64,000 nucleotides of DNA from Mytilus edulis (Eukaryota): NCBI RefSeq assembly GCF_963676685.1, contig NC_092344.1, positions 101,370,001 to 101,434,000 of the forward strand, written 5' to 3'. The notes beneath the pieces were generated by a model. The model did not search any database and was not told the origin of the DNA. It worked only from the letters and a program-made list of their open reading frames with translations. Numbering within the stretch: the stretch's first letter is position 1; the number at the start of each line of letters is the position of its first letter. Positions 53,365 through 64,000 of this stretch are shown one piece after another. Position numbers and translations under genes: made by a program.

Positions 53365-53719
53365 TCAAGTTTTTAAACATATTTATTTATAGTGGATTGG
53401 GAAACAAGTTTTGCAACTTATATTAATCCCTTTCCACTTTGCGGGTGCGAGTGCTGCCTTGTAGCGGCATTAGCCTACTATTTTTCGAAATCTACAAGGG
53501 TGACTTTAACGTAAAAGAGATGTGGTTCTCTCTTAACACGGGTCAGCCCTTTATCGTCCCCTTCCGACGGACCATCATCGTTTCCTCAAGACCATACTCG
53601 CAGATGGTGTCAAGGGAGAGCCGAAAATTGAGTTCCTGAAATTGTCATCCCAAACGGGAATCGAACCAGGAACCTTTGTGTTATTAGTCCGATGCACTAA
53701 CCACTACACCACGGCTCTC
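53365..53719 (-). mobile_element. tRNA-derived SINE, probably Meta-domain type
   Basis: Head gagagccgTGGTGTAGTGGttag...GGTTCGATTCCcg (A and B boxes), central gtcggaaggggacgataaa...acgttaaag..accc, and tail aataaatatgtttaaaaac. Confidence 0.8.
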
Positions 53720-56603
53720 AGTTCGACAGTCCTATCTATTTCGGACTTGAATGTGTCTGTTTATCAATAACAACCTTCACGAGTTTGTCAACCTTTATGG
53801 AATATCTGTTTCACATATATGTAATTTTAGTAACCAAAACCCTCTCCTCTTTCTTTAATGTCTCCTACCGAATAAGACTTGTCACGAGATTTGTACTTGC
53901 ATGTGGAGCATGATTTGCTTATCCTTCTGGAGTACCTGAGATCACCCCTGTTTTTGGTTTGGTTCGTGATGCTCAGTCTTTCGTGTTCTTTGTTGTGTTT
54001 TGTGTATTATTTGTCTTTTTCGTCATTTCTTGATTTTTGCCTTGGCTTAGTAAATTGATTTTCGGATTAAAAAGTTGAATAGCTCTTCAGTATCTTTCGT
54101 CTCTTCTATACAGTTAAGTTCTATATTCATGTAGCTGTAGCTATTTTATATATATATATATTTCTCTCGTAACTTAAATCATATTTCAACAATTTGTCAT
54201 ATTTGATAGAACAAAATCGTTTGTAAGATGCATGCACATTTGACCAAAATTTATTAATAATAATGCGTGGTGTACTTAGTTAGATCTTGTTATTGTCAAA
54301 TACAAATTCATGTTTTTGCTAGAATGAATATCATTTGATTACATTTAACTCGATGTGTTCTGGTTGTTTATATGTTTGTATTTGGGGGGTTTTCCAAGCT
54401 TTAGTTTAAAATTTTAGAAATACTTAAGCTTTTCTACCTGAGGAATAGATTACCTTAGCTGTATTTGATGAAACATTTATGAGTTTTTGGTCCTCAATGC
54501 TCTTCAACTTCGTACTTTATTTGGTTTTTAAATTAAAAAAAATTGATGAGGTTTTTGTAGACAAAACGTGTGTCTGGCGTATTAAATTATAAGCATGGTA
54601 CCTTTGATAACTATCTATGATGAGTTTATTTTAATGTGATTGTCTGGTTAAACAATTCATGTTTGATTTTCTTTACCAGATTTATTTAATGAGGTTACTT
54701 CCCGACTTTGTCCTTCAATTCACAGTCAGTCTGCAAAGAATTCCTCTCAAACCGGTGATAGGAGTCTTCTTAAATTGTAGTGAGATGAGAGTGTTTTGCT
54801 CGGTGTTGAAGTCCTCACTGTGACTCTGAAAAGAACAATATTTAAAGAGCTGCTCCTTTGCTGTTTGTGTTTTTGCTGTACATATTGTTATAAATGGGTA
54901 TTGATTATAATCTCAAAGAAACAACACATTTTATATTTCTAAATTTTATTGGGATCAATATCTGAAAACCTGAAAAATAGCGGTCTTAGATGATTTTCAT
55001 ACACTAAGACAACTTTGGCAAACTCAATTTGGGGAGATCAAATTGCATATTTTTATAATAAGTACCAATTTTATCATATAACATAACATTTAACATAACG
55101 TCTATCAATTTATCAAGTTGACATAGCGGTAAAATTCAACTGTCAGTGAACAGGCACTTCGATCACGATTTTCACGGGTCTACATTAAATTCACACTTTC
55201 AGGGGATAATGGGTTTGTAAAACATGATTGTCGTTACCTATTCATTCAGTCTCAGTGTTATTTGACACATCTATTGGGTAGTTTTCCCTTAAATTCCATC
55301 GTGGCGAGTGCTTGTTTACGTATATTGGAAGTTGCCATTCCAACGAATGGTCACTTCCGGGTAACGGTACTTCTTTATATAGTTATAATAATACATAAAA
55401 GTATTATTAAGATATGATTAAATTACTTGCTGGCCTTCCTTTTATTGTGTAAGATATTTAATAATAAGATATCATTACGTTAAGTACGTTTTTGTGAAGC
55501 GCCGTTAAGCGGTCCTACTAAAAAGCGCCCGGGAAAAGAAAAAGCGCCCGGAGAAAAAAATTAGCGCCCGGGAGAAGAAAATAATAATATTTTATAACAA
55601 TATTTTTTTTTCCCTTAAAAATAACTAATAATTGCTTGTTTTGTCCTTTATATAAATGCGGATATGTACGATGCTTAAATTTAAACCAAACACCTGTTTT
55701 TTACCCCCTTGTTTTAACTACGGTACATGTATAGTACTGCTTTTTTTCATGTGCTGATTTATTATGTGTACCTCTTTTAATTTTGTTTAAATTGATATTT
55801 ATCTGTGAAATTTGGGTTGTCTTATCCAGTATGGAATTTTAAGGTTTATATTTATTATGTCACTTATTTATTGGTATTAAAGGCAAACTTTCGCGATTTT
55901 ATGGATTTATAACGACATTTTGGGACATGAGCCAGAGTTTTCCTTGGTATTTCAAAGTTATTGTAGATTTTCAGTTTTGTGAGTCGCGGATGTATTTCAC
56001 CGTCAAGTATAAATACGGCGTCGCACTAGCACTTTTGCATATCGTATCTGGATATCAAGCAGAGCAGAACAATAAACAAAACAACCCTTAAAGTCAACCA
56101 AGCTATTTAGGTACAGGATGCATTTCGATATAAAGCTATTTTACCTTAAGCTATGAGATAGCATTTCAAGTCTATATTTATCTTTTTACATCTTTTGGAA
56201 TATTAAACTAAAAGCTTACATAAGGACGTCTAGGAACCAAATACCGTTTTTATAAATATTCCCGCTTAAGCAGGTCTTCAACAGGAAGTGGCTTCATATT
56301 TGAAAAGATGAGGAACCAGTTCAATATTTACAATTTCTATTAGCAGTTTTTGGCAAATTATACAATTATTAAAGATGTAAAGATACGATGTCCCACCACG
56401 TTGACAACTTTCTAATATCGTAATTTAATGAAATAAGTATATTTCATTCTCCCATTATTGTATGATTGATAGGATAAAGACTTGTAAATCTGTATGTATA
56501 ACTTACATCTGGGGTTCGGAAGGCCAGCATCTTACTGTTCCAATTTATGATTATACTGTGTTATTGCTGATATTTGCATGCGTTATTTATTGAGAGATAT
56601 ATA

Positions 56604-58268
56604 TGTTACAGTAAATAGGTGAAATTAGGAATTACATGTAATTACTAAAATTTAGGAATTACATGTAATTCCCGATGCACTTAGTAAATGCATACAATTC
56701 CTGAATCTGCCCAGTTATTACCAGTAATTACTAATTTTTAAATGAATTTTTACAGCTATTTACTAACTGTTAAAACAATGTTGTAATATGGTCAGCGGAG
56801 ATAAAAGATCAGTGAATATTATCAAAAAGTGATCATCCTAAAATATTACATACCTTTTTGCTATATTAAACATGTTAATGGGGATTGCAGGTATAAAACC
56901 ATATTTCTTGTTTAAATATAGGATTTCGCTATTTTTTTCTATAAATAAACTTTATCCTAGTACACTTTATAGAATTTTTTGTTAAAGTACTTTTTTTCTG
57001 TTGAACTAATAGGAGAAATAGAGGTAATATACTTTGTTTCTGTTGAACTAATAGGAGAAATAGAGGTAATATACTTTGTTTCTGTTGAACTAATAGGAGA
57101 AATAGAGGTAATATCGAAAAATAAAAAGATTTCCAATTTTGTAAATTTCTAAATTTTAGAATAGATAAGTTTCAGTACAGCTTATTTGACATATATTATA
57201 AAAGATATATGTCGCTGAGGAGTTAACAAAGATATTTCATTTTTAATGCCAAAAAATAAACATTTTTGAACCAAAAGGAGGTAAATACGATATTTGTTTG
57301 ATGTGTTTGAGATTTTGATTGTCCAATTTGATTAGGACTTGTGCTTTGTCCTTAGTTTTCGATGCTGTGTCTCTTTACTAGACCAGACCAATTTGTATTG
57401 GACAATGACCAATGTCAGGCGACCGTGGGAATGACTAACTTTTTGAGAACTTTGTTTTGGTGGAGACTTCGTAGCAGCATCCTGTTACAAATATTACTTG
57501 TATAAAGTTGGGTTTTTTTAAGTAGGAAAAAAAGTTAACCACGCAATCTACACATTTATAATCCATTTGAAAAATTACAATCTACCGTTGCAAACTTTCC
57601 ACAGGTGCTATCCAGCACTTTGATTATAATTCTATTGATGAAGAATGTCAGCTTCATCGTAAAAGTCTGACAAGAGAAGTCGGAGTTAAACCTTATTTTA
57701 CAGAGGAATTTAATCATTTTATGTATAAGGTTGGTCTGATTGATATGCAAAGAATGCCTTAAATACAGAATTTAATTTTTCATTATAAAAAATTCAAGAT
57801 CATTCAATCAAATTTGGCATAATAGAATGTCTATCATCAAAAAGAACTGGCGAAGTTGACTTTAAACTTCTTGCAAATGCATTTTTCATATTTGGATTAT
57901 ATCAATGTCTTGCAATGTGCAAATGATTTTTTATCGAGTTTCAAAAATTATAAAACAACCATTTTCCAGTCTCAATTCATAAACAAAACTATAGAACATA
58001 AAGTCTTTGATTCATTTAACTTTAAGTAATCCCTACAATCTCTAACCCGTTACTTTCTAACTTGGTTTCTCGAATTAGTCTCAAATTTAATACAAAACAT
58101 CAAGTTAGTAAATAGCTGTAAACATGACCAAAAAAATCAGTAAATACCTGTAATCACTGAAACAATCAGTAAATACATGTAATTCCTAAATTGATTAGTA
58201 ATTACAGGTATTTACTGAATTGTTTAGTTATTACGTGTAATTCCTAATTTCACCTATTTACTGTAACA
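56604..58268. mobile_element. TIR DNA transposon inserted in a (TA)n tract, probably within the Gypsy 5' LTR
   Basis: TIR (TGTTA)CAGTAAATAGGTGAAATTAGGAATTACA. It can be read either as TGT..ACA with a TATA TSD (Ginger-like) or as CAGT..ACTG with a TA TSD (Tc1/mariner-like). Confidence 0.8.
56995..57114. repeat. 42-bp minisatellite, about 3 copies
   Basis: ttgaactaataggagaaatagaggtaatatactttgtttctg repeated head-to-tail. Confidence 0.9.
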
Positions 58269-58455
58269 TATATATATATGCATACTGGACAAGAATAAAA
58301 GTCATTCTTTTACGCTGGATTCATCATTTTATATATGATTATGCTTGAGTCAACAAACTACACTCAAAACAAGACTACGTAGAGGAACACTATCAATAAT
58401 AAATCATACGGAATTAAAAGTACACTCGACCCCTACTCGCCCGCCTGTAACAAAC

Positions 58456-58473
58456 TGGTGTCAGAAGTGGGAT
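58456..58473 (+). promoter_or_regulatory. Primer-binding site complementary to the tRNA-Leu 3' end
   Basis: TGGTGTCAGAAGTGGGAT lies 3 nt after the LTR end ...TGTAACA (58452). Confidence 0.88.
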
Positions 58474-58627
58474 GTCACAGTCTAAAGTGGCATCCAGGAT
58501 GCAAACCTCACATTTATTTTTAAATTCAACTATCTACTAGTATAGCAATATAATGTGTCAACGTCTACGATAAAGATGGATCTTAACGTGGTGGAAATTT
58601 AATTTTATTACAATAATTATTGTACGT

Positions 58628-58658
<31 letters not shown>

Positions 58659-58684
58659 AGGTTTGAATCAGTCTAAGTCTCAAC

Positions 58685-61600
58685 ATGGCCGAGTCGCCAG
58701 ATCTGGAAATCAGATTAAGATCGGAAGAGAGAGAAAAAGAAGTAAGGCATGAAAGAAATACCGAATTTGCAGATGCAAATGAAACTTTAGAAGAACACAG
58801 AGCAAACGTATATGCACATGGGGAGGGAGACGTAAATAGAGAATATGACATGTCTGGACAAAGAGAACAAAGGGGGTAAATACTGACGGATTCCGATAAA
58901 ACAACCCACACACAGTCTCTATTAGACCAGAACCATATGATGGAGGAGAGGATTGAGAGGAATATATTTCACACTTTGAGGTGTGTGCCGAACTTGGTAG
59001 ATGGCGGGACGCAGACAAAGTATTAGCGCTAGCGGCAGCATTAAGGGGACCAGCAAGGACATTTTACATTAGTTTAGAACAGACCGAAAAACGGGATTAC
59101 GGTATTTTGACTCAGAGATTTGGATTATGATTTGGGAGCACAAGGCAACAAAACAGATGGCTTTCTCGTCTTAAAATGAGAAAAAGGAACCCAGGAGAAG
59201 CAATAGCGGAGTTGGCGGACGATCTGCGCCAGATGGCTCAGAGAGCTTATATTGATCTTGATGCAAGGGCTCAGGAAGTATTGGCACTTAACCAGCTGTA
59301 CAAAAGCGTTACACCTGAAGTAAAATACCAATGCACTAACCAAGCATGTAGAACTGTTGCAGGAGCTGTAGAGGTAATAGAAAGATATGAAGCTATAATA
59401 GGAGATGGCTCAGAAAAGAAGAAAGGCAGTGTCAGAATGACAACAGATACACATTTAGGAGAAGCATCTAATTTTTCACAGGAACCTTCGGAAAACCAAT
59501 TTCACGATAGCATTAATGGACTAACAAGGAGGATTTCACAGCTTGAAGGTACAAAACAGAATTACCGCAACTCTTGGCAAAATAATAATAACAGAAGGCC
59601 TCAATGAGGAAATACTAATAACAGGCAAGCTAAATGCTTCATTTGTGAGAGCACAAGTCACTTATGTAGATATTGTCCATTTTATCTCCGATACAAGCAG
59701 AAAATGCAAGACATGACAATACTGGAGGACAGCATGGCTCCAAGGACCAGGATAACAGAAACTCACAAAGTATCAACCAGGGAAACTTCAGTTCCCATTG
59801 GCTCGTTAGACCGGGAACCAGTGGGAAATTTACGGTCACAGGAATTAAGTCACAATATTAGGATAGGACAAATGTGAAATACATGTGGTTTTTGGGATAA
59901 CGGATTTTATACAAAAGGATACCTACAAAACTTACCTTTGACAATATTAATAGACAATGAATGGATCAACCTCCTCTATATTAAATTATAAAATTTACAG
60001 ACAGTTAACTGATGTACTGAAAAACGCAATACTAGAACCAAGCACATATAAACTTTTTGATGTAAATGGCAATCCTTTATGCTCATATGGGACACTTAAA
60101 CAACAGCAGATTTTAACACAGAATTTCTTGTCTGTGATATCAAACAAGATGCGATCTTGGGGCAGGATTTTCTATTGGATCATATAGACAAAATTAATTA
60201 TAAGAGACAGATATTATCTACAAAGGATACAGATATACGTTGCTGGATAGGAGGAGAAGCAAATGCAATATGTAGTCATTGTAAAGGAGACAGTCACTTT
60301 GCCGGGAAAATCTAAAATGCTCATTCCAGTAATAATAGAAAATGCAGAACACTTAGGACCACTGGGATACGTTGATAAAACTCAGAAAAAGGAAACAGAA
60401 CATAACATCACTAGGGGAATTTTAGATCCACACCAGAAAGACATTAGAGTACAATTAATCAACTTTCGGGAAGAACCAATTACTGTTCATACTTCGAAAT
60501 GCCAGCGGTAGGAGTATGCAATTACATTGGAACAGAAGGGACCAGTTCAGACAAGCTACAATCACATATTGAGGACCTATTTAATAGAAGTAGTGTTCAT
60601 TTACAGGAAAAAGAAAAGCAACACCTGAAGGAACTTCTTCAGGCATACTCAGACGTTTTTGCAAAATCAGCGGATGATTTAGGGAGGACTAATAGAGTAC
60701 AACATAGGATAAATACAGGAACTGCACATCCGATAAGACAAGCACCTAGGAGGCTACCATTGGGGAAAAGGGAAATAGAAAAAAAGGAAATAGTCAAAAT
60801 GTTGAACCGAGGAGTCATTGAACCATCAAACAGCCCTTGGAGTTTTAGGACAGTACTTATAGCCAAGGACGGAAGTACAATAGTTTGTGTGGACTATAGA
60901 GCTTTAAATAAAGTGAAAGTGATTATTAACAAGGACGCCTATCCCTTGCCTCGTGTGGACGATTGCTTAGATTCGTTAACAGGAGCCAAATGGTTAGGAT
61001 GTCTGGACTTAAATCAAGGTTTTTATCAGGTGGAGCTCTATCCGGATGACAGAGAAAAGACAGCATTTTCGACCAGTCAAGGACTCTTTCAGTTTACAGT
61101 TACCCCATTTGGCTTAGCCACTAGCTCAGCAGTTTTCGAAAGATTAATGGAGGACGTATTTAGAGGACTACAGTGGGAGGAATGTCTCTTGTACATGGAT
61201 GACATAATCGTTCCAGGGGCAACGTTTAGAGAAGAACTACTTAGGCTAGAGCACGTATTTCAAAGAATGAGAGAAGCCAACATAAAATTGAAACCATCAA
61301 AATGCATTTTGTTTCAGAAAAGCGTAAAATTTCTTGGGCATGTAGTCTCAGAGCATGGAGTTCAAACCGATCCTGAGAAAAAAGAGGCAGTTCAAAAATG
61401 GCCAGTTCCACGGAATGCAAAGGAAATAAAGAGCTTTTTAGGACTTTGCTCCTACTATCGGAAATTTGTAAAGGGTTTTACTGATCTATCTAGACCTTTA
61501 CATAAGGCAGGTGACAAGGGGACCAAATTTATTTGGACAGAAAACTGCCAGCTTGCTTTCAACTCACTAAAAGAAGCACCAACTACACCACCAATATTGG

Positions 61601-63600
61601 TTTACCCAGTTACAGACAAACCCTTCATTTTGGACACAGACGCCAGTAATTACGCAGTGGGAGCCGTCCTCTCACAGGAACACGATGGTCGTGAGCATGT
61701 TATTGCATATATGAGAAAGGCACTCAATAAACACAAAATTTCATACTGTACGACTAGAAAGGAGTTACTAGCTGTAATCATTGCCTTAAAGAATTTTCAT
61801 CCATACGTCTATGGTAGACCAGTTTTACTCAGAACTGACAATGCAGCCGTCAGTTGGCTTCAAAGTCTGAAGTATCCTACAGGTCAGGTAGCAAGATGGC
61901 TTCAGACATTAGGAACATATAATTTTAAAATTACTCATAGGGCAGGGAGGAAACATACAAATGCTGACGCAATGTCAAGGAATCCATGTAAGTCATGTAA
62001 ACATCAACAGGATTTAAATCAAGCTGAAAACTATAATGCTAAGGAGGAAAGTGAACACCTTGTAGAATGCCATTCAAATTTAGAAAAACAGGAAGAAGCA
62101 GTAGAACACCTTGCTACACCCCTCACTGAGGCAGATGAAACACCAGATATCTCTGAATTATAGGGATAATTCCAGGAAATATCCGAGCTGTAACATGGAA
62201 TGAACTCAAGGAGCAACAGAATGAAATGAAAGTCAATGAGGCACTTTTAGGGGGATGGGAACCATCGGAAATAAGACAACAGCAATTAGAAGATGACAAG
62301 TATTTGCAGCATTTGAAAGCGGATCTCAGAAACCACCATGGGAAAGTATCTCTAGTGGAACATCAGCATTGAAAACTCTTTGGGGACAATAGGACAGATT
62401 AGAAATGCATGGAGGAATTTTATACAGAAGGTTTGAGACAAACATTGGTCAAACGGCCAGAAAACAAATGATTGTTCCTAAGAGTCGAACACAAGAGCTA
62501 TTACACTATTTTCATGACGTACCATCAGCTGCTCATTTGGGCGTAGACAAGACACTTGAAAAGCTCAAGAACGGATTCTATTGGCCTAACATGAAGGAAT
62601 ATGTTCAAGCATATTGCCGTTCATGCGACAGTTGCTTTGCAAGAAAACCAAAGAAAGAATCAACTGAATCACCTTTGGGTACATATGTCTCAGAAGAACC
62701 AATGGAAAGAGTAGCGTTAGACATTTTTAGACCACTGCCGTTAACAAAACGAAACAATAAGTACATCTTAGTCATCTCAGATCTGTTTACAAAATGGACA
62801 GAGGCTATAGCCCTACCAAATCAGGAAAGTTCAACAATTTGTACTGCATTTATAGACCATTTCGTAACAAAATTTGGAGCCCCTCTACAACTACTCTCAG
62901 ATCAAGGGAGAATTTTTCAAGCCGATATTTTCCAGAGAATGTGCAATCTACTAGGCATTCATAAAACAAGAACTACGAGTTTCAGACCACAATCCAACGG
63001 TGGTGTGGAACATTTTAATATAACACTTGCTTCTATGTTATCGATGTACTGTAAACAAAAACAAGATCAATGGGACCAGTATCTACAACAGGTGATGATG
63101 GCATACTGATCTTCCGTACATGCATCTACTTCCAAGACACCAAACTCAATGCTCTTTGGAAGGGAGGTCACTTTACCGCTGCATGCTGTGATCCCACAGC
63201 CAGATACTGAAATTCAAGAAAACCGGTCGCCAGATGACTATGTGGCACACCAACAAAATAAATTAAAAGAAAATCATGCATTTGCAAGGAAAGCACTCTA
63301 AAAGGTCTCTATATATCAGAAAAAGAGATATGATCTTAACTCCAAGAAAAGAATCTTTAAAAGGGGGGAAGCTGTTTGAATTTACGACCCAATAAGGAAA
63401 AAGGGAGTATGCTCAAAACTCACACCTAAATGGAAAGGACCATTTATAATTGAAAAGAGAATAGATGATGTTACTTACCGAGTAAAGAGAAGCTTGAGGC
63501 AGCCGTCGACTGTATATCATGTGGACCGTTTACCACTGTATCAAGGGAGGAATGTACCATCGTGGGCAAGCAGATTTCGAAGAATGATGGATTTAGAGGA
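58685..63600 (+). mobile_element. Ty3/Gypsy LTR retrotransposon gag-pol, degenerate
   Basis: Gag RPEPYDG and CCHC knuckle CFICESTSHLCRYC (~59635); broken protease; RT YMDD; RNase H DTDAS; integrase HHCC, SDQG, VEHFN and KWKGPF. Domain order is PR-RT-RH-IN, with several stops and frameshifts. No 3' LTR was identified in the window. Confidence 0.95.
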
Positions 63601-64000
63601 AGCAAATAACGACCAGCAATTGGATAAGCCAGTTGGCTAAATGTTGGAGGAATATTAAAGGTCCTCCGCATTCTGTACCTGTTCATACTTACATTTTTGG
63701 ATATATACTGCAGTATATATTTTTATGACAGATCTGTCGGAGACCGATTTTGGGGTGGTCCGATCAACCACTAGTCAAATCATTGAGATATAGGATAGGG
63801 ATCCTGACTGACTAATGCGGAGCCTAGTCAAGTTTATTTTTGGATATGAACAGTTATAGATATTTTTGGAGTTGTTTCGTTGGTGTTATTTGCATGGTTT
63901 GAGTTCAGTTTACTTGCCTACGAATGCTGGCCTTCCATGAACACATTTATAGAACGGGACGGGGGGGGCGGGGGGGGGGATTTTAACTTATTGTATAAAC

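Noticed and set aside
53647-53719. tRNA gene
   Set aside because: A and B boxes are present but there is no proper acceptor stem, and it continues into a SINE body and tail.
56995-57114. CRISPR-like short repeats
   Set aside because: Head-to-tail 42-bp copies with no unique spacers, in a eukaryotic context with no cas genes.

Overview
AT-rich, repeat-dense eukaryotic genomic DNA, most likely a bivalve mollusc such as Mytilus (inferred from the repeat families, not proven). It contains one supportable host gene: a 4-exon, 422-aa secreted protein with a PAN/Apple domain, a Thr/Ser repeat stalk and a C-type lectin domain with QPD/WND motifs (+ strand, 26436-49926; intron 2 is 18.5 kb). The rest is nested mobile DNA. 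A near-intact Helentron/Helitron2-type Rep-Pif1 helicase ORF runs off the left edge and is missed by the ORF track. Upstream of it lie a 169-bp satellite array with a HINE-type terminus and an Academ transposon inserted into that array. Also present are a second Academ remnant, a PIF/Harbinger MITE, a MULE, two non-autonomous Helitrons, Naiad-like Penelope RT remnants, CR1-group LINE fragments, a tRNA-derived SINE, tandem ~363-bp retrozyme-like repeats with type I hammerhead ribozymes, and a degenerate Ty3/Gypsy element with a tRNA-Leu primer site. No CRISPR array or prokaryotic system was seen.
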